The position numbers and the translations under genes are program-made. A DNA stretch of 64,000 nt from a virus. This document shows, one piece after another, positions 9,770-17,858 of this stretch. The DNA lies in IMG/VR virus record IMGVR_UViG_3300031951_000034, positions 1 through 64,000 of that record. One strand, written 5' to 3'. Position 1 is the stretch's first letter. Every line of letters starts with the position of its first letter. The notes beneath the pieces are model-generated. The model was not told the origin of the DNA and ran no database searches. It was given only the letters and a program-made list of their open reading frames with translations.

Positions 9770-10300
9770 ATGAGTAAATATTCAAGCCTGTATTTAAACA
9801 AAATTGCTGAATCTATAAATGGCGAGGAAAAAAAATCTAAATCATTTAAGGAAAAAATTAAAACTTTTTTAAGAAACGTCGTGACAGGAACAGCTGCTGG
9901 AGCAGCTATCGGTGGAGGCGCTGGTTACGGATTAGCTGGACCCATTAGAGATATGACTAGCGGAATACCAGATATTCCAGGAGCTGCAATAGCTAGGGAA
10001 ATTCAAAATCCGTTATCAAATTTGAGGGGTGTAAGTATTCCAATGGGCATAGGTAGTGGAGCTATACTTGGAGCGTTAGGTGGCGCTACTCTTCCATACC
10101 TATATTCCAAGAGCGCACGCCAAAAGTTCTCAGATGAAAAACCATCTGGATTCATGACTAATATGCTTAAAGATATGACTCCTGACATAAAGAAAGATTT
10201 GGCCCCACAGGCCACTCAGGCAGACAAAAAATTCCAGGACGCCGTAAATAAATTAAAAGACAGTCACAAAAGCTTTAAAAATACATTTGGTTTAAAATAA
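9770..10300 (+). CDS. glycine-zipper small head-internal-type protein (MSKY leader)
   Basis: Start moved to the ATG at 9770 (MSKYSSLYLNKIAES). Contains GTAAGAAIGGGAGYGLAG and GIGSGAILGALGGA. Confidence 0.55.
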   Translation: MSKYSSLYLNKIAESINGEEKKSKSFKEKIKTFLRNVVTGTAAGAAIGGGAGYGLAGPIRDMTSGIPDIPGAAIAREIQNPLSNLRGVSIPMGIGSGAILGALGGATLPYLYSKSARQKFSDEKPSGFMTNMLKDMTPDIKKDLAPQATQADKKFQDAVNKLKDSHKSFKNTFGLK

Positions 10301-10306
10301 ATATAC

Positions 10307-10381
10307 TGCGGGATACAATTCTGGGAATTGGGGGGTCTCATAAGCCTCTTTAGGTGGGTTCGATTCCCACTCCCGCTACCA
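10307..10381 (+). tRNA. trnM: tRNA-Met(CAU), initiator-like
   Basis: Cloverleaf with CT-CAT-AA loop, GGTTCGATTCC T-arm and encoded CCA. The 1:72 mismatch (U:U), GCGGG/CCCGC acceptor and A11:U24 are initiator hallmarks. Confidence 0.8.
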
Positions 10382-10385
10382 TTAC

Positions 10386-10460
10386 GCCGACATAGCTCAG
10401 AGGTAGAGCTGCTGTTTTGTAAACAGCAGGTCGTTGGTTCGATTCCAACTGTCGGCTCCA
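10386..10460 (+). tRNA. trnT: tRNA-Thr(UGU)
   Basis: GCCGACA/TGTCGGC acceptor, GCTGT-TTTGTAA-ACAGC anticodon arm, encoded CCA. Confidence 0.93.
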
Positions 10461-10465
10461 TTCTC

Positions 10466-10540
10466 GTCTCCATAGTGTAATGGTCAGCACCTTTCCCTTT
10501 CACGGAAATAGTAGGGGTTCAAATCCCCTTGGAGATGCCA
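10466..10540 (+). tRNA. trnE: tRNA-Glu(UUC)
   Basis: GTCTCCA/TGGAGAT acceptor, TTTCC-CTTTCAC-GGAAA anticodon arm, encoded CCA. Confidence 0.93.
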
Positions 10541-10553
10541 ACTAACATAAAAA

Positions 10554-10973
10554 ATGAATAGAATAAACTGGGAAGAGTACGCACTACAAATAGCAGGAGT
10601 AGCTAGAACAAGAAGCGAGGATCCATGGAAAAGGGTTGGTGTATGTATTCTAGACAAAAATAATAGAGTTATTTCAACTGGCTACAATGGATTAGCTCCA
10701 GGGAAAGTAGCTCCAGATGCTTTCTGGGAAGATAGAGAAAAAAGATTGCCGCTGGTAATACATGCAGAGACAAATGCATTATCGCTTGTAAATAACGGAG
10801 AAGGTTTTTTATTGGCTTCCACTTTAATGCCATGTCCAGCTTGTGCTTTGAACATAGCTGCACACGGCATAAAAAAGGTTATATACAAAGAAGTATACCA
10901 AAGGAGCGAAGAAGCTTTAAAAATTTTTGACTTTTACAATATTGAATACAAGCATATAATAAACACTATTTAA
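10554..10973 (+). CDS. dCMP deaminase
   Basis: HAE (VIHAETNA) and PCxxC (PCPAC) zinc-deaminase motifs. N-terminal ARTRSEDPWKRVGVCI and STGYNG are typical of the family. Confidence 0.9.
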   Translation: MNRINWEEYALQIAGVARTRSEDPWKRVGVCILDKNNRVISTGYNGLAPGKVAPDAFWEDREKRLPLVIHAETNALSLVNNGEGFLLASTLMPCPACALNIAAHGIKKVIYKEVYQRSEEALKIFDFYNIEYKHIINTI

Positions 10974-11512
10974 TGAATAAGTATTCAGAAAATTATTTAA
11001 ATAAATTGATTCAATCTGGATTAAACATGGATCACTCAAGGTCTTTTGTATCTGCAGGCAATCCAGCAAATCATGGACAAATATCTCCACTACAAGCCAA
11101 GTTGCAAGAACTTGGGTTAATGAGAAGACCTAATATATCTGATTATGCTTATGAATCAATGAAAGCTAGGGGTCGTATAACTAGTAAAAATATTCCGTCT
11201 ATATTAGCTTCAAACCCAAATTTAAAAATATTTGGTGAACTAGGAAAGAATACAATTTTTCAAGCATTATTTGATGCAATAACTCCAGGTGGAAGTAGGG
11301 TTGATGCATATAAATCAAGCCTAGGAAATTCATTGGGCGGATACGGTATTAAAAATATGGAAATAAATTCTGAATTATCTAAGAATTTTTTAAATAATCT
11401 AGATTCAACTATGGCTAATTCAGACGGTCAATGGGATTACTCAAAATCTCATGGATTTAATAGATCCGAGACAGTAAATAATTTAGCTGCATTTAAAAAG
11501 AAATTTGGATAG
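10973..11512 (+). CDS. free-standing paralog of the tape-measure N-terminal domain with MNKY leader
   Basis: Residues ~47-179 align by eye to TMP residues ~81-216 (RRPNISDY/KRPTVSDY, TPGGS, DGQWDYxKSHGFNRxET, AAFxKKFG). Confidence 0.75.
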   Translation: MNKYSENYLNKLIQSGLNMDHSRSFVSAGNPANHGQISPLQAKLQELGLMRRPNISDYAYESMKARGRITSKNIPSILASNPNLKIFGELGKNTIFQALFDAITPGGSRVDAYKSSLGNSLGGYGIKNMEINSELSKNFLNNLDSTMANSDGQWDYSKSHGFNRSETVNNLAAFKKKFG

Positions 11513-11526
11513 TATAAATAAAAATT

Positions 11527-12018
11527 ATGAATAAATATGCAAATACATATATGGACTCATTATCAAAATCCATTAATGAGTATAAACCATTTAATCAAGT
11601 AGAATCAGTCGTTAAAGGACTCCCCGCTGCAGCAGCGGGTGGAGCTGGTATTGGTGCAATCCTCGGCGGATTAAGCCAAGCAGGTGATCCAGGGTACGAC
11701 AAAGATGGCAATAAAAAAAGTAGAGTCAAACAGATCCTAAAGGGCATGGCGCTTGGCGGTGCAACTGGCGGTGTTGTTGGCGGACTAGGCGCTGCAGCAA
11801 TCCCGTCCTTGTTTCAGGCAACACTTGAAGGTGGGAAAAATTTGGCAATGAAGAGTGTAGACAAAAATATTCCGAAGGACTCGATAAAAGGCAAAATTGA
11901 AAATTTCCTTAATAAGGGTAAGTTGCAAACACAAAGCGCAGTACTTTCAACTGGTATGCCGCAAATGAATGTTCAGCAACTCGGAGAAATGCTGAAATAT
12001 TATCAAGAGAATCAATAA
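11527..12018 (+). CDS. glycine-zipper small head-internal-type protein (MNKY leader)
   Basis: Starts MNKYANTYMDSLSKS. Contains AAAAGGAGIGAILGGL and GMALGGATGGVVGGLGAAA. Confidence 0.55.
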   Translation: MNKYANTYMDSLSKSINEYKPFNQVESVVKGLPAAAAGGAGIGAILGGLSQAGDPGYDKDGNKKSRVKQILKGMALGGATGGVVGGLGAAAIPSLFQATLEGGKNLAMKSVDKNIPKDSIKGKIENFLNKGKLQTQSAVLSTGMPQMNVQQLGEMLKYYQENQ

Positions 12019-12026
12019 AAAAGATA

Positions 12027-12482
12027 ATGATTCCAGAAGTCCAGATAGTAACTCCACAGGATGTGCGATTCTTTATGATGGATCGCACTGCTTCTGAAAA
12101 TTTTTTACTGGATTCAGTTGAATTTTCTGATGAGGAAATACACTCTGGTATGCAGCTGACAGTAGATAAATACAATTCAACACTGCCAATGGTTGACGTG
12201 TATACAGTTGAAAATTTTCCGTATAGGTATGAAATGATGCTCGGAACAGCTGCATCGCTGCTTAGGTCAAAGTCAATAAACTACACTAGAAATAGGTTGG
12301 ATTTTTCAACTAAGGATGGAACAACTATCCAAGATAAACAGAAGACTGGAGAATACCTATCTATTGCGAATGTAATGATGCAAGAATTTGATCAACGTGT
12401 TACACAAATAAAGAAGACCAAAAATGCTGAGCAGGCTTTTGGATTTATTTCTGGGCCATACAGCTATTTAAGACCATTCTAA
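12027..12482 (+). CDS. head-tail adaptor (connector) protein
   Basis: 151 aa, helical. DVRFFMMDR...FSDEEI pattern is typical of gp15/gp6-like adaptors. First gene of the neck cluster. Confidence 0.6.
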   Translation: MIPEVQIVTPQDVRFFMMDRTASENFLLDSVEFSDEEIHSGMQLTVDKYNSTLPMVDVYTVENFPYRYEMMLGTAASLLRSKSINYTRNRLDFSTKDGTTIQDKQKTGEYLSIANVMMQEFDQRVTQIKKTKNAEQAFGFISGPYSYLRPF

Positions 12483-12483
12483 A

Positions 12484-13257
12484 ATGGCGTTCAAATTTAC
12501 TAAATTTTGCGTATCTGCATCTACTATTCAGGGTAGCTATGATATATCATGGTTTGGAATAGGGAACGGATTATTCAGTTTTGACATAGAGTGGGGACCA
12601 AATGAAAGTGGTCCATGGAAAACATTAAAGACTGTAATTAATGTATCAGACGTTACCCTCAAGTTTACTGATAGATTATTGTCTAATACAGACCCAATAT
12701 GGTTTAGGGCTGTTGCAAAAGAAAACGGTAAAATACAGGACATAAGCGTACCAAGTTTTTATAACAATAGTTTAAATAAACAAGATTTTCTAAGGTACAG
12801 AGAAATGCTCAGAAGATGGAATATGGAACTTAAAAAGTTTTCTGGGTTACCTGGTCTATTGTTGAGGTTAAAAACATTTGGTGAGGTTGCAGACAATGTG
12901 CATCCAATATTGGGTTCACCCATTGGAACAGAGGATGAATCTGGATTGGGTAAAAAATTCAAGGGTGGCTATTGGCCTGCTATAGAAATGTACGTAGCTT
13001 ACTCAGATGCTCCACCGACTACAACGAAACAATTGTCTGTTGAGGAGACAGGAATAACAGAACAAGATAATGTTTTATTTTTTGCGATGCCGTTCCCTAT
13101 AATAAAGCCACAAGATATTTGGATTGCACCATATACTAATTCTAGATATGAAGTGAGAAAGGTTGAGGAAATAGAATTTAGGACAATGACAATAAAACAA
13201 CAAGTCTTAGCATCAAGACTCCCAATGACTGATCCTGCTCACAAAATAAAAATTTAA
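12484..13257 (+). CDS. neck / head-closure protein
   Basis: Lies between adaptor and tail terminator. N-terminal Ig/FN3-like beta pattern and C-terminal PIIKPQDIWI...RYEV stopper-like motif. Confidence 0.5.
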   Translation: MAFKFTKFCVSASTIQGSYDISWFGIGNGLFSFDIEWGPNESGPWKTLKTVINVSDVTLKFTDRLLSNTDPIWFRAVAKENGKIQDISVPSFYNNSLNKQDFLRYREMLRRWNMELKKFSGLPGLLLRLKTFGEVADNVHPILGSPIGTEDESGLGKKFKGGYWPAIEMYVAYSDAPPTTTKQLSVEETGITEQDNVLFFAMPFPIIKPQDIWIAPYTNSRYEVRKVEEIEFRTMTIKQQVLASRLPMTDPAHKIKI

Positions 13258-13259
13258 AA

Positions 13260-13940
13260 ATGGATGCAAACGACACTTTAATCTCCCCAGATGGAGTTAG
13301 GCTTTATCCAATAAAGCCGCACACAGGACACAGAATAAAAAGTCCTATATATGCAATATCTGTTTTTGTGGCCACCCTTAAGCAGTTTTTTGGTACAGAA
13401 AATAGAATATCAACTGATTTCTCTAAGTATTTATGGAAAGAAGACCAAGCAGAATCAAATGTATGGATAAGCGAAGAGCATAACGCAAATAGATCTGTTA
13501 TAGGAAAAAGACCTGCAATACTTGTTGGCATCAAGCAAATAGCATATCCACAGCAATCACTAGGTGATTATTCTTTACATGATCTACAAAATTCCACAAC
13601 TTATATGTTGAATATAGTTGAATCTGTAATAAGATTTAGATGTATATCAGAGAATATGCTATCCAGTTTAGAACTGGCTACAGAAGTAAAATATTTTGTA
13701 TCGGCGTTTGGACATCAAATATCTGAAGCTTTTTGCTTTGAGAAATTCAGAGCGTCACAGATGACCGAAACACAAAAAATAGAAGAATATAAAGAGTTTT
13801 TCGTGACAGATTTTTTATGTGAGTTAAAATATCAAGAGATATTAGGAGTAAAAACAGAAAACCTTAGGATTAAATCTGTGTTTACAAACCTAATTTACTC
13901 TGACTCTGCCAAAAAAATCTTGTCAGAACAGAAAATCTAA
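13260..13940 (+). CDS. tail terminator / completion protein
   Basis: Immediately before the sheath. Contains a KRPAILV motif and a mixed alpha/beta pattern like gpU/gp17-type proteins. Confidence 0.55.
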   Translation: MDANDTLISPDGVRLYPIKPHTGHRIKSPIYAISVFVATLKQFFGTENRISTDFSKYLWKEDQAESNVWISEEHNANRSVIGKRPAILVGIKQIAYPQQSLGDYSLHDLQNSTTYMLNIVESVIRFRCISENMLSSLELATEVKYFVSAFGHQISEAFCFEKFRASQMTETQKIEEYKEFFVTDFLCELKYQEILGVKTENLRIKSVFTNLIYSDSAKKILSEQKI

Positions 13941-13962
13941 TAAATAATATAAAAATAAAATT

Positions 13963-16716
13963 ATGGCTAAAAGAACATACTTACTCCCACAGGTGATCGT
14001 TCAGCAAGATTTTGTGGCGCTCCCAGCAGCCGCTACCCAAGATCTTATTGCAGTGATCGTAGGACCCCAAAAATTGGTCAGAGACGTTAATGATCCAGAA
14101 GACGAATCTTTCGTTGATTATGGCGCATACAACAGCGTTACCGATCAAACATATAAAATTAAAGGATACACAGATTCGGATCTTCTCGAAAGAGATTCCG
14201 TTTTGCTTAACCTTAAAAACGTTACCGCTAAGTACGCTCAACTTTCTTCTCCAACAATTTCGGTTGGAAGCGTTCAAAACTTGCTTAAAATTTCCGATTC
14301 GGCTGATGGATTCGTCGCATACCCAGAAATTTCCGCAAGCAGAAATGCTGCTTTCAAGAACAGAGACGTTAAGGTTGGTGACTCTGTAGTAGTTTCTTCG
14401 GGTGGTGTCACACAACTTAAAACAAGAGTGTTTGACATTATCCGTGACAGAGTTGACGCTCAAATAGGAACAATTTCTGCTGATATCAGCAATAAATTCT
14501 ACTCCAGCAATGCTTTTTCGGTTGCAATTAATGAAGCATCTCCTGGGAGTAGATCTATCGCAGAAAGTGTTTCAAGTGATTATTCTGGAGATCTTAGGGC
14601 TGGTAGATTGGACGACACCTATACAGTTACAGTTACTGCTGGTGGAAGTGGATCTGCTGCTAAGTTTTCTGTTACAAGCTTGAATGGCGACAATGTTTCC
14701 GTTTCTTCCATCTCTGGCATTTCGCTTGCTGTCGGAACAAATGGACTTTCCATAGACTTTAGTTCTACTAATAATTTCGTTATTGGAGACTCATATGTTA
14801 TCTCGGTAGCGAAACAATTTCAGCAAAGTCTCCCATCCATTGATAACGCCGACCCAGGCAAAGATTATGCAGGGTTGTATGACACTGTATATGAGGTTGA
14901 GGTTATCAGAGGTGGAACATGGAGTCAAAGCATCGAACTTGTTGTTACGACCAATAATGCAGTTGACGCACTTCCTCCGCAAAAGCTTAACACTACCGAT
15001 GGGACATTCTTCCTTGGCTCGCTTGGTCTTGTCGGCAAGATAAACCTGATGGCAAATGCAGGCTTAAGAACTGGTGATATATTTTATATCCCTGTTGTGG
15101 CCTCCACAGCTGGCGAAGCTAGAACTATCAAGTTGCTTGATAAAATTCCATCTTCTGTAAACCCCTTATCGTCTGTTACGGTTGAGTTTTGCCACAATGT
15201 TGATTCAATAGTCATTCCACGTGCTGGTTATCCTAGACCTGGTGACAACGCTTGGTCTCTTGATGTTGATGATGAAACTGGTGAAGCTAACTTAACACTC
15301 CAGAGCGATATATATATCAACGATTCTCAGTTTACTGAGTTGAGCGGTGCATTATCGAATCTTGAGATCAAGAGCGCTAGAGTGTTTATTGGATACAAAG
15401 CCCTTCAACTTCAAAATGCACTTAGAATCAATTCTATCTCCGAACCATCGCTTATCCCAGCTCAATGCGGTAAGTTGGTCCCAGAGAACCCAATTGCTTA
15501 CGGTGTGTTAAAGGCTCTTCAAAACTCTGGTGGAACCAGAGTTTACTTTGTTCCTGTTGATGAAGACAATCTTGACGGGTATACAAGAGCTTTTGATTCT
15601 ACGCTTAATGAGGTTACTGCTTACTACATTGTTCCAATGTCGAACGATGAAAGAGTGATCCAAGCTGCTAAGGCTCACGTTGTAAGTGCGAGTGATGAAA
15701 TGGTTGCACGCGAAAGAATTGCAATCGTTAATCAATCTTTCTCGCCAACTACAATGATTTACGACAAATTAGCCGACGGTCAGACTGCATGGACTGGCTA
15801 TGTTGAAATGGCTCCTGGCACTGAACCAGCAGTCTACAACAGAGTCACGATCCCTGGTGCATCGTTACTCACAGACAGAGTTAGAGCTGGGGATACCTTC
15901 AGATCTAACTTCACTATTGATGCGTTAGGTAATGACGTCTATCAATCGTTTAAGGTTGTTGAAGTTATCGATGAGCAAACACTTAGACTTGAGTCTCCTG
16001 CATTTGCTTCTCCAGTTGGATCTGAATCCTCTCCTCGTAGAATTCAAATCGTGAGAAACTTAACCAAACGTGAACAGGCTGAAAAAATAGCTGCGTCTTC
16101 TGAAAGATTGGGCAATAGACGTGTTGTTAATGTCTGGCCAGATGTATTGAGAGACGGAGATTTATCTGTTGCTGGTTATTTTGCTGGGGCTGCTATTGCT
16201 GGATTAAAATCTGGTGTTGCTCCTCATCAACCAGTCACAAACGTTGTTATTAATGGTTTCACTAGAGCAGACAGATCGACTCCTTACTTCACAATGACCG
16301 ACCTCAACATAGTTGCTGGCGGTGGAACATGGATTATCGACCAAGACAGAAATGGTGGAGAGATATTCAATAGACACCAATTGACGACAGATTACACTGA
16401 TGACAATATGGCTGAAGTATCGATCACGACCAATCTTGACTCGATTTCCAAGTTGATCAGAGAAGATTTGAGACAATTTATTGGACAATGGAATAACCAT
16501 CCGTTCTTCCAGCAGCTCTTAAAGACAAGACTTGTTGATAGACTTACCTTCTTACAAGGCAGAGCTGTTACAGTTAAAGCTGGTCCTCAGTTGTTGAACT
16601 TCGAGATAACAAACATTGGAACTGATCCATTGATCAGAACTAGGGTCCTTGTTGACATTAATCTTACGTTGCCTTACCCAGTCAACGTGATCCAAGTTAA
16701 ACTTACTGTTATCTAA
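13963..16716 (+). CDS. contractile tail sheath protein
   Basis: 917 aa. N-terminal YLLPQVIVQQ and C-terminal sheath core (AHVVSAS...RERIAIV, AAIAGLKSG...PVTN, LTLPYPVNVIQVKL). Precedes the tube genes. Confidence 0.85.
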   Translation: MAKRTYLLPQVIVQQDFVALPAAATQDLIAVIVGPQKLVRDVNDPEDESFVDYGAYNSVTDQTYKIKGYTDSDLLERDSVLLNLKNVTAKYAQLSSPTISVGSVQNLLKISDSADGFVAYPEISASRNAAFKNRDVKVGDSVVVSSGGVTQLKTRVFDIIRDRVDAQIGTISADISNKFYSSNAFSVAINEASPGSRSIAESVSSDYSGDLRAGRLDDTYTVTVTAGGSGSAAKFSVTSLNGDNVSVSSISGISLAVGTNGLSIDFSSTNNFVIGDSYVISVAKQFQQSLPSIDNADPGKDYAGLYDTVYEVEVIRGGTWSQSIELVVTTNNAVDALPPQKLNTTDGTFFLGSLGLVGKINLMANAGLRTGDIFYIPVVASTAGEARTIKLLDKIPSSVNPLSSVTVEFCHNVDSIVIPRAGYPRPGDNAWSLDVDDETGEANLTLQSDIYINDSQFTELSGALSNLEIKSARVFIGYKALQLQNALRINSISEPSLIPAQCGKLVPENPIAYGVLKALQNSGGTRVYFVPVDEDNLDGYTRAFDSTLNEVTAYYIVPMSNDERVIQAAKAHVVSASDEMVARERIAIVNQSFSPTTMIYDKLADGQTAWTGYVEMAPGTEPAVYNRVTIPGASLLTDRVRAGDTFRSNFTIDALGNDVYQSFKVVEVIDEQTLRLESPAFASPVGSESSPRRIQIVRNLTKREQAEKIAASSERLGNRRVVNVWPDVLRDGDLSVAGYFAGAAIAGLKSGVAPHQPVTNVVINGFTRADRSTPYFTMTDLNIVAGGGTWIIDQDRNGGEIFNRHQLTTDYTDDNMAEVSITTNLDSISKLIREDLRQFIGQWNNHPFFQQLLKTRLVDRLTFLQGRAVTVKAGPQLLNFEITNIGTDPLIRTRVLVDINLTLPYPVNVIQVKLTVI

Positions 16717-16740
16717 TTTAGTAAATCTAAATAAAACACC

Positions 16741-17190
16741 ATGGCTGACATCTTTGGAAGAACAGTAGTACCAGTTGGTGGAGTTTACTCCTCGGATACG
16801 GCAGTAATGACCGTATCCGGGGCAGCTGGCTCAGGAGCTGGTGCCTTGGTCCAAAATGTTGAAGCTACATATACACAACAAGTAAACCAAATATTTGAGC
16901 TAGGATCTAATCAGGTCTACATGCAACTTGGACGTGCACAAGGTAATTTGACGATAGGAAAAATTCTTAGCAATCAAAACTTTGATAAAGCATTGTTCAA
17001 CTCTTGCGCTGGTGGGGCAACCTGTATAATACAGGCCTCCTCTGGCTGTCAGGGGCAAGGCAGCTCAAAACTAAAAGGTAAAACACTTACGGGTGTATTT
17101 GTAACTCAGTATGGAGTTTCGATGACAACTCAAGACCTTCTCATAAGAGAAAACCTCGTGGCTATGTTCACGGGGATGCAAGAATCATAA
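16741..17190 (+). CDS. tail tube protein 1
   Basis: 149-aa beta-rich protein after the sheath (LVQNVEATYTQQVNQIFELGS). Confidence 0.75.
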   Translation: MADIFGRTVVPVGGVYSSDTAVMTVSGAAGSGAGALVQNVEATYTQQVNQIFELGSNQVYMQLGRAQGNLTIGKILSNQNFDKALFNSCAGGATCIIQASSGCQGQGSSKLKGKTLTGVFVTQYGVSMTTQDLLIRENLVAMFTGMQES

Positions 17191-17223
17191 AAACAAAAAT
17201 AAAATAAAGAAAGAAATAATAAT

Positions 17224-17763
17224 ATGGCTAATGACCTTTTTGGAAGATCAGTGGTACCAGTTGGTGGAGTTTACTCCTCGGATACGGCAGTAATGACTGT
17301 GTCTGGGACAACATCCTCTGGCGTTGGAGCTTTAGTTCAAAACGTCGAGTGCAGTTATCAACAACAAGTTACTCAATTGTTTGAACTTGGTTCAAATTCG
17401 GCTTACATGCAACTTGGACGTGCACAGGGTCAATTAACTGTGGGCAAAATCCTCAGTAACATTGACTTTGATAGAGCATTGTTCAACTCTTGTGCCGGTG
17501 GTGGAACAGTTATTATCCAGGCTTCCTCTGGTTGCTATGGACAAGGAACTTCTACACTTAGAGGTAAGACACTTACTGGCGTTTTTATAACGCAATATGG
17601 TGTATCTATGACAACTCAAGACCTCTTGATTAGAGAAAACTTGGTTGCTACGTTTGTCGCTATGCAGGAGTCTACTCCAAGCAAAAACCCTAACGAAGTG
17701 GTAAATCCTGCTTCGAGAGCTCAAACTGTTGCAAACGCCGCCGCTGCTGCTGCTGCTGCTTAA
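17224..17763 (+). CDS. tail tube protein 2 (paralog with C-terminal Ala-rich extension)
   Basis: Near-collinear paralog of 16741..17190 plus a ~30-aa tail ending NAAAAAAAA. Confidence 0.75.
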   Translation: MANDLFGRSVVPVGGVYSSDTAVMTVSGTTSSGVGALVQNVECSYQQQVTQLFELGSNSAYMQLGRAQGQLTVGKILSNIDFDRALFNSCAGGGTVIIQASSGCYGQGTSTLRGKTLTGVFITQYGVSMTTQDLLIRENLVATFVAMQESTPSKNPNEVVNPASRAQTVANAAAAAAAA

Positions 17764-17805
17764 AACTAGTTAAAAAATTCTTTACACATTAAAAGAATTC
17801 AATAT

Positions 17806-17840
17806 AAATAGGCAACGTGATTTTTGCACGTTGCCTATTT
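17806..17840 (+). terminator. hairpin/terminator after tube genes
   Basis: 14-bp perfect inverted repeat AAATAGGCAACGTG / CACGTTGCCTATTT with A/T flanks, so possibly bidirectional. Confidence 0.75.
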
Positions 17841-17858
17841 TAATTTAGTATAATCTAC

